A program made the translations under genes and the position numbers. Under the pieces are notes generated by a model, which worked only from the letters and a program-made list of their open reading frames with translations, had not been told where the DNA came from and ran no database searches. A DNA stretch of 54,766 nt from an uncultured Candidatus Saccharibacteria bacterium (GTDB lineage Bacteria; Patescibacteriota; Minisyncoccia; Phycocordibacterales; UBA9973): the NCBI GenBank assembly GCA_964646765.1, contig CAZYIA010000001.1, positions 217,339 to 272,104 of the forward strand. Reading direction: 5' to 3'. Shown in pieces: positions 48,726-54,766 of the stretch. Numbering within the stretch: the stretch's first letter is position 1; every line of letters starts with the position of its first letter.

Positions 48726-49712
48726 CTACTTTTTGAGTAGTTTTGGTAATTCTTTAGCCAACATTTTTACGGCATTGTCATCAAATAACGACATCGTAAA
48801 GACTGGCTTTTTAAGTTTCTCAAACTCTTTTACTTTTTTAGCGACAACTTTTTCGTCGTCTACTACATCGGTTTTGGTCAAAAGAATAATTTCATCTTTT
48901 TTCGCTAAGCTTGGGTCAAATTTCTCAAGTTCAGTACGAATTTCTTTGTACGCCTTCATCATGCCACCAGTTTTTGATAGTTCATTTTCAAACGAAATAA
49001 GATGGAGAAGTTTTTTTGTTCGACGAACATGCTTCAAGAATTTTGTTCCTAAACCTTTTCCTTCACTCGCCCCTTCAATGAGTCCTGGAATATCAGCCAG
49101 AATATAGCCGTAAAAATCTCCAAGGTTGGGATCAATTGTTGTGAAGGCATAATCACCTATTTTTGCTGTAGCATTTGTAAGCGCATTTAAAAGACTCGAT
49201 TTTCCAGCATTTGGGTATCCAATAAGACCAACATCTGCCACGAGTTCCAGTTCAATTTTAAATCGCCCTGACTCTCCCTCCCGACCTTCCGTAAAACGTC
49301 GTGGTGCCTGGTTTACCGAACTTTTAAACTGCTCATTTCCTAAGCCGCCAGCGCCGCCAGCAAGCAGAAGTAACTTTTGCCCTTCTTCGTCTAAAGACAA
49401 CCTTGTTCCTGCATCAATATTGGTAATAACACTTCCAACTGGAAGTAAAATGGTGAGATCTTCACCATCAGCACCGTGTTTTTTGGCATTTCCTCCTGGA
49501 TCACCATTCCCTGCTGTAAATTCTTTTTGATGCGCATACTTTGCAAGTGTATGTAAACTCCGTGTTGCTTTTACATATACGTTGCCGCCGCGGCCGCCGT
49601 CACCGCCAGCAGGTCCACCTTTCGGAACAAATTTTTCCCGACGCCACCGAACAACACCGTTACCACCACGACCCGCACTTATTTTTACTTTAATTTCATC
49701 AACAAATGCCAT
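48726..49712 (-). CDS. obgE: GTPase ObgE/CgtA
   Basis: FVDE, GGP.GGDGGRGG, GYPNAGKSSL, FTT..PNLG, ADIPGLIEGA, TK.D. Confidence 0.97.
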   Translation of the reverse strand: MAFVDEIKVKISAGRGGNGVVRWRREKFVPKGGPAGGDGGRGGNVYVKATRSLHTLAKYAHQKEFTAGNGDPGGNAKKHGADGEDLTILLPVGSVITNIDAGTRLSLDEEGQKLLLLAGGAGGLGNEQFKSSVNQAPRRFTEGREGESGRFKIELELVADVGLIGYPNAGKSSLLNALTNATAKIGDYAFTTIDPNLGDFYGYILADIPGLIEGASEGKGLGTKFLKHVRRTKKLLHLISFENELSKTGGMMKAYKEIRTELEKFDPSLAKKDEIILLTKTDVVDDEKVVAKKVKEFEKLKKPVFTMSLFDDNAVKMLAKELPKLLKK

Positions 49713-49715
49713 ACC

Positions 49716-50171
49716 TTAACCCGTTTGTCCTAATTCTTCCTCGTTAGTAATTTCGAGCGCTTTCTGTTCCTCTTCCGCTGGATCAATATGAGGATAAAAT
49801 GTTTCTCGTAATTTCTGAAAGTTAATTCGTACGGCATGCACGTAATCATCTTTTCCATCAAAAGTTTTTACCCGATCTATCTTGGTAAAACCCTTACCAA
49901 AAATTTTCTCAAACTCATCAACAATTCCGGTTTGAGCAAGTCCTTCAGTGTTTTTAACCTTATTCATTTGAAAATACTCTCGAGCTTTTTCGTAAAACGA
50001 TTTTTCCTTCTCAAGTTCTTCAATAGTTGGGGTTTTTTCAAAGGTTAATTTTTTTGAGTCTGATCCAGCCTGCTTTTCCTGTTCTAAAAGCTCTTCTACC
50101 GTAAGAAGCTTCGATGTTCTTCGAAGTGGTTCGCCCTGTGGTCCCGGAAATTGTGGTTCCATACCTTTCAT
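49716..50171 (-). CDS. Hypothetical acidic protein
   Basis: 151-aa ORF between MYG1 and obgE. Confidence 0.62.
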   Translation of the reverse strand: MKGMEPQFPGPQGEPLRRTSKLLTVEELLEQEKQAGSDSKKLTFEKTPTIEELEKEKSFYEKAREYFQMNKVKNTEGLAQTGIVDEFEKIFGKGFTKIDRVKTFDGKDDYVHAVRINFQKLRETFYPHIDPAEEEQKALEITNEEELGQTG

Positions 50172-50184
50172 ATCTAGAACTCTA

Positions 50185-51090
50185 TCATGCTTCTACGGCT
50201 TTTTGGGCAAGCGCGAGTGCTCCTTCCTTACTTCCCGCTACCGCCATAAAACGGCCGTTATGACAAAAAATAGCATCAGGCACACCAGAAACCTTAGCTA
50301 ATTCGCCGCTACGGAGACCCGCCCAAGATTCTGGTAATGGCTTGCGCAGTTCAAAAGTATTTGGTCCTTTAGCTACTGCTTCAACTTTAAAGCCACCAGT
50401 AGGACGCTCATTAATTGCATAGAGTGGCTCAGGAAGCGATGTTAATGTCCCTTGGAATGGATAATTAGTTGCAAGCACCACAATGCGTTTGTCTTTAGCA
50501 GCATCATAAGCTTTACGCACTTCAGTAACTGCAAGTGCTCGGTCATTTGCCTGAATTATTTCTCGAGAAACAATTTCCCGAGCTAATGGTACTAATTTTT
50601 TCAAAAATGGAGTATCGAAGTCTTGCTCTTCCTTCCAGGTTGGTCGAAAAGCATACAAAGTTTCTTGCAACCGGAAAGGGCGAATTCCCTGTTTTAAATC
50701 GAGGAGCGAATAACCGTTGTCGTCAGCATCAATACACTGAATAAGTGTTGCATCAACATCTGCTGCGGCTTCAGCACTACCAGCAAGTATTTCTCCGTAG
50801 GTATTCCAGGTAAGGCCAGCGGCTGCAAAAGGTATTTTGTTAACGCGCACCCCAGCACCACCAGGCTGATGGTGGTCGAAACGCTTAGTCGTAACATCGT
50901 GAACACCGCCAACGTCCACAACGTAATCAGCTTTTTTAATTACATTCTCATCACGTGTGCGGACAATGGTATACGATTCTCCTTCTCGGTCGAGCGTAAG
51001 GGTTATAATCGCGCAGGCAAAAATATCATCAGCATGGAACTTGCCGTCATGCGTTACAATCATTTTTGGTTTTTTGAATATTGAGAACAT
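50185..51090 (-). CDS. MYG1 family (DHH-like) exonuclease
   Basis: THDGKFHADD, RTRD, DVGG, FDHHQ, FCH...F motifs; start 51090 or 51105. Confidence 0.93.
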   Translation of the reverse strand: MFSIFKKPKMIVTHDGKFHADDIFACAIITLTLDREGESYTIVRTRDENVIKKADYVVDVGGVHDVTTKRFDHHQPGGAGVRVNKIPFAAAGLTWNTYGEILAGSAEAAADVDATLIQCIDADDNGYSLLDLKQGIRPFRLQETLYAFRPTWKEEQDFDTPFLKKLVPLAREIVSREIIQANDRALAVTEVRKAYDAAKDKRIVVLATNYPFQGTLTSLPEPLYAINERPTGGFKVEAVAKGPNTFELRKPLPESWAGLRSGELAKVSGVPDAIFCHNGRFMAVAGSKEGALALAQKAVEA

Positions 51091-51091
51091 A

Positions 51092-51682
51092 CTATTCCTG
51101 CTCAAACCATTCGATAACCCATTCTAATCCTTTCGACAGTAACAGAAAACCAACAATACAAGCAAGGAGAATAAGTGCTACCCTCTGGAGATTGTGTGTG
51201 AGTGAAAAAGCAGCCACGCTAAAAAAATAACCGAGAGTAAACATCAAGATAAGCCAAATTCCTGATGAGGTGAGCTCGGCTTTTGCGTACAACGGAAACG
51301 GGGTACCAGTGTAGCCTGAAAAAATCGCAGTAAGGTGGTTTAAACCGTATATAAATTTTGAAAAGAAAATAGACCAAAATGGTTTTTGTTTAAAGCGCGG
51401 GAATGCCGCATGCACTTTTCGTTCAATAAAATCAAAAATGCCATTCTGGGGAATATTTTTTCGAAGCCAAACACCTAGATGATACGCCCATAATGTTTTA
51501 ATGATTGCACCAACAACACCTAAAATAATGGCGTGAGGAAAGGATATCACTTTGGCATGCGTTAAAATACCGAGTACTAAAAGTGCAAGTTCTCCTTCAA
51601 AAGCAATTGCCAGAAGAAGCAAAAAATACACTAAGAGCGTGTGTGTAGTAACCAGAGTAATAAGAAAGTGAAGCAGGCGCAT
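51092..51682 (-). CDS. DedA/VTT family membrane protein
   Basis: EGE..L...G, Y.LG, F.SKFIYGL, ..SG pattern. Confidence 0.75.
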   Translation of the reverse strand: MRLLHFLITLVTTHTLLVYFLLLLAIAFEGELALLVLGILTHAKVISFPHAIILGVVGAIIKTLWAYHLGVWLRKNIPQNGIFDFIERKVHAAFPRFKQKPFWSIFFSKFIYGLNHLTAIFSGYTGTPFPLYAKAELTSSGIWLILMFTLGYFFSVAAFSLTHNLQRVALILLACIVGFLLLSKGLEWVIEWFEQE

Positions 51683-51712
51683 AACAAAAACAGTACGAGA
51701 AAATCGTACCGG

Positions 51713-52048
51713 TTAGTCTAGGACGTGATTAGCGAGCCAGTTTAAGATAGAAACAATTAACGAGCCGAGAAGTGCTGCTTGAAATCCAGAAACTGAAAAT
51801 CCTGAAATAAGGTACGCTACAAACCAGAAAAAAAGTGCATTTAATACAACCGAAAATAAACCGAGAGTTAGAATATTAATAGGAAGAGTCAGAATACCAA
51901 TGATCGGCTTCACGATGGTATTTATAAACGCAAGAATCGCAGCAACAATGACAGCGGTAAGGAACGTATCAACGTGAATACCTGGTACTACATACTGTGA
52001 AGCAAGTACCGCAAGAGTGAGAACGAGCCAATGAAGAAGAATTTTCAT
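51713..52048 (-). CDS. YvlD/DUF360 ('phage holin family') membrane protein
   Basis: IN.IVKPI..ILTLPINILTLGLF..V.NA motif. Confidence 0.9.
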   Translation of the reverse strand: MKILLHWLVLTLAVLASQYVVPGIHVDTFLTAVIVAAILAFINTIVKPIIGILTLPINILTLGLFSVVLNALFFWFVAYLISGFSVSGFQAALLGSLIVSILNWLANHVLD

Positions 52049-52049
52049 A

Positions 52050-52505
52050 TTAAGCAAAAAGTGAATCCACTACTTGTTTAACCGTAGTGCCGTCAGCCTT
52101 CCCTTTTAAGTCTTTCATAAGCATTCCAGTAAGTTGACCGCTTTTAGCTTTATCAGTAATACCGAGTTCAGCTTTTTTAGCCTCGGCGAGCGGCCGAATT
52201 TCATCTGCGCTCATAAATGTTGGTAGAAATTCTTCGATTATTTTAAGCTGAGCGGTTTCTTCGGCAACAAGTTCAGGGCGATTTGCCTTCTCAAACTGTT
52301 CAATAGAATCTTTGCGCTGTTTTGAAAGACGCATAATAACGGCCATGCTTTCTTCGTCAGTAAGCTCATCTTGCGGCTTTCGGCCTTTCGCTACTAGTTC
52401 ATTGGTAAACGCTGCGCTCATGCCTCGAAGAACATCGAGGCGGACAGTATCTTTCGCCATCATGGCGTCCTTTATTTTTCCTTTAATTTCCATCTGTAGT
52501 GACAT
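52050..52505 (-). CDS. GatB/YqeY domain protein
   Basis: L...I....K.AM.AKD..RL..LR, KQRKDSIEQF.KA.R.EL, I..FLP, G.ADG. Confidence 0.93.
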   Translation of the reverse strand: MSLQMEIKGKIKDAMMAKDTVRLDVLRGMSAAFTNELVAKGRKPQDELTDEESMAVIMRLSKQRKDSIEQFEKANRPELVAEETAQLKIIEEFLPTFMSADEIRPLAEAKKAELGITDKAKSGQLTGMLMKDLKGKADGTTVKQVVDSLFA

Positions 52506-52543
52506 GCGGAGAGTATAGCAAAAAATATGGTAAACTTCACCTC

Positions 52544-53269
52544 ATGTATAAGCTTGTTTTTCTCGATACTGAAACCACCGGCAACATGCCTGATGATGTT
52601 CTCTGCCAGCTTGCATTTAAGACTCAAGGCGAAAACGCTGAAACTTTTTGTGAACTTTACAAGCCGTCAAAGAAAATTCCACCAGAGGCTTCGGCAATCA
52701 CCCACATCACCAATAAAATGGTGGCGGATAAACCAGCATTTCAGGATTCACCTAAATATGCGCGCATTAAGGAACTCCTAGAAGATCCTGAGGCAGTTTT
52801 AGTTGCTCATAACGCCGAATTTGATATCGGCATGCTCAAAAAAGAAGGTATAAATCCTGCAAACAACATTTGTACGCTGCGAGTTGCTCGTGCTCTTGAT
52901 ACCAAAGGTGTCCACCCCCAGTATCGTCTTCAATATTTGCGTTATGCACTTGAAATTGAAATCGAGGCACAAGCTCATGATGCTCTTGGTGACGTTATGG
53001 TGCTTGAAGCGCTCTTTGGTCGACTCCTTGAAGCCGTGAAGCGTGAAGGTAACGTTGATCGCGAGGCGGCAATCGAAAAGATGATTGAAATTTCATCCCG
53101 ACCGTCTCTATTGCGCACATTTAATTTTGGAAAATATAACGGCAAAGCAATTGCTGAAGTTGCTGCCATAGATCTAGGCTATCTCGATTGGCTGCTCGCC
53201 CAAAAACTTCAAAATGAAACGGGTGAAGTCGACTGGGTATATACGCTGAAGTTTTATTTAAAAAAATAA
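52544..53269 (+). CDS. DEDDh 3'-5' exonuclease (exodeoxyribonuclease X-like)
   Basis: FLDTETTG, AHNAEFD, AHDALGD; C-terminal FGKY.G..I..V...D.GYL.W; start moved to 52544. Confidence 0.92.
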   Translation: MYKLVFLDTETTGNMPDDVLCQLAFKTQGENAETFCELYKPSKKIPPEASAITHITNKMVADKPAFQDSPKYARIKELLEDPEAVLVAHNAEFDIGMLKKEGINPANNICTLRVARALDTKGVHPQYRLQYLRYALEIEIEAQAHDALGDVMVLEALFGRLLEAVKREGNVDREAAIEKMIEISSRPSLLRTFNFGKYNGKAIAEVAAIDLGYLDWLLAQKLQNETGEVDWVYTLKFYLKK

Positions 53270-53295
53270 GGGCCAGCAAAACTGGTCCCTTATTT
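53264..53295. terminator. Bidirectional terminator between convergent genes
   Basis: aaataaggg-ccag-caaaa-ctgg-t-cccttattt. Confidence 0.75.
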
Positions 53296-53320
53296 AATGA
53301 TAGCTCGGTCTTAAATTCAA

Positions 53321-53602
53321 CTATCTTAAAGTATAGCCGCCCCACAAATGGTCTTGGGCAACATTTACCTGGTCACCAACCTTTGTAGTTAAATAAACCT
53401 GACCGCTGATATCGTTAAGATAAATTGTGTCGCCTGCCGGAGAGGTTACACTAAAATTGAAGAACTTTTTTCCAAAACCGTTTTCGGTTTCGGTTTTTTC
53501 TACAACAGTGCATTTTCCAATAGCAGGAAACAGAGTTTCGTTGGTCTGCTTACAGCTCGAAAGCACAGCTACTAAAGCAGCAATAAAAAAATATTTTTTC
53601 AT
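53321..53602 (-). CDS. Hypothetical lipoprotein (93 aa)
   Basis: MKKYFFIAALVAVLSSC lipoprotein signal; start moved from 53671 to 53602. Confidence 0.75.
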   Translation of the reverse strand: MKKYFFIAALVAVLSSCKQTNETLFPAIGKCTVVEKTETENGFGKKFFNFSVTSPAGDTIYLNDISGQVYLTTKVGDQVNVAQDHLWGGYTLR

Positions 53603-53685
53603 AAAAAGAATTGCGGTTAATTTTCTTAGATACAAGAATTTCACCCAGGTATTTCTATTTCCGGTCCGCACCGGTTAGGACATGT

Positions 53686-53714
53686 ATTATACTACTTTTT
53701 TTGTATTTAGTCAA
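53686..53714 (-). promoter_or_regulatory. Sigma70-type promoter
   Basis: TTGACT-17 nt-TATAAT. Confidence 0.7.
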
Positions 53715-53761
53715 TATATAATCGTCTTATTTTATAAGGCTAAAATGTTATACTTGGCCTT

Positions 53762-54766
53762 ATGCAGTCAGTATTTATTGCCTTAGGGAGCGTTATGATA
53801 GGTCTCATTATAGGGTGGTTTTTGCTACGTAAAAAGGAAACGCCAAAAGATGACTCTTCTCTTCAACTTCTTCTGACGCAAATTAATGAACTTTCTCGCA
53901 CGGTAGATGCGAAACTTGGTGAATCTCAAAAACAGGTAAACGAAACCATTCGTTACCAAACAAGCGAATCAGCAAAAATTATTCGCGAAATTACCGAAGA
54001 GCTCACGCGAGTTTCTGAAGGTCAAAAGCAGGTAATGTCATTTACCGACCAACTTCGCGATCTCCAAGATATTTTAAAAAACCCGAAACAACGCGGTATC
54101 TTAGGGGAATACTATCTTGAAACACTTTTAAAAAATGTGCTCCCAACCGGAAGCTACCAAATGCAGTATGGTTTTCCTGATGGCACCATTGTCGACGCGG
54201 CAGTTTTTGTAAAAGACAAAATCATTCCAATCGACTCAAAATTTTCACTTGAAAATTACAACCGGATTTCAGAAACCCGCGATCCAGCTGAGAAAGACCG
54301 CTTCGAGAAAATTTTCGTCAACGACTTAAAAAATCGCATTATCGAAACTTCAAAATATATTCAGCCAGAAAACGGCACCATGGAATTTGCCTTTATGTTT
54401 ATTCCGCATGAGGCCATTTATTACGATCTCATCGTCAATAAAATTGGCGCCGTAACCGAAGATACTGAAAATTTGATTCAACGCGCGGCTAGCAAATATA
54501 AAGTAATCATTGTTTCTCCGACTTCGTTCCTCGCTTATTTGCAAACAGTGCTGCAAGGATTAAAAGCGCTGCAGATTGAAGAGAGCGCAAAAGACATCAT
54601 TAAACGCGTCAACGAACTCGGCACCCATCTCTCAAAGTACGAGGAATATCATTCAAAACTTGGCAACGCACTTGGCACGGCAGTAAATCAATACAACTTC
54701 TCTTCAAAAGAACTTAAAAAGGTAGACAAGGATGTGCTTCGAATTTCAGGCACTGCTCCTGGTATT
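53762..54766 (+). CDS. rmuC: DNA recombination protein RmuC (3' truncated; not in the ORF track)
   Basis: Manual translation MQSVFIALG...LKNPKQRGILGEYYLETLLKNVLP..YQMQY....VDAAVFV...IPIDSKFSLENY; open frame to the window end. Confidence 0.92.
   Translation, partial: MQSVFIALGSVMIGLIIGWFLLRKKETPKDDSSLQLLLTQINELSRTVDAKLGESQKQVNETIRYQTSESAKIIREITEELTRVSEGQKQVMSFTDQLRDLQDILKNPKQRGILGEYYLETLLKNVLPTGSYQMQYGFPDGTIVDAAVFVKDKIIPIDSKFSLENYNRISETRDPAEKDRFEKIFVNDLKNRIIETSKYIQPENGTMEFAFMFIPHEAIYYDLIVNKIGAVTEDTENLIQRAASKYKVIIVSPTSFLAYLQTVLQGLKALQIEESAKDIIKRVNELGTHLSKYEEYHSKLGNALGTAVNQYNFSSKELKKVDKDVLRISGTAPGI

Noticed and set aside
51713-52048. 'Phage holin family' gene as evidence of a prophage
   Set aside because: YvlD/DUF360 is a common chromosomal membrane protein; no phage structural, integrase or lysin genes are nearby
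53636-53646. GGGTGAAATTC resembling part of an FMN riboswitch in the lipoprotein leader
   Set aside because: The other conserved FMN blocks are absent

Overview
Chromosomal window, most genes on the minus strand, standard genetic code (TGA is used as a stop). Gene content suggests a Patescibacteria/CPR genome, probably Parcubacteria (inference). Core content: rplI, rsmI, metK with a SAM-I riboswitch, queA, a complete F1Fo ATP synthase operon, tRNA-Ile(GAU), prfA, rpmE2, rplY, a pentose-phosphate/glycolysis cluster (class I fba, pfkB-family kinase, split transketolase, rpe, rpiB, gap), gatB, obgE, MYG1, an ExoX-like exonuclease and a truncated rmuC. The most striking feature is at the left end: five diverged paralogs of a ~580-aa Cys-rich protein with no evident signal peptide. 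Each has two zinc-ribbon modules (zf-trcl-like plus CxxC-x17-CxxC-like) around a duplicated Cys-rich repeat core, and small enzymes are interleaved among them. Other observations: two unannotated structured intergenic RNA candidates flanking a PIF1-like helicase; a tRNA whose CCA end supplies the A of the first atp-operon start codon; -10 boxes 6-9 nt before many start codons (likely leaderless mRNAs); and a REP-like palindrome cluster. No CRISPR array, transposase, integrase or reverse transcriptase was seen. All family calls come from motif recognition by eye; no searches were run.
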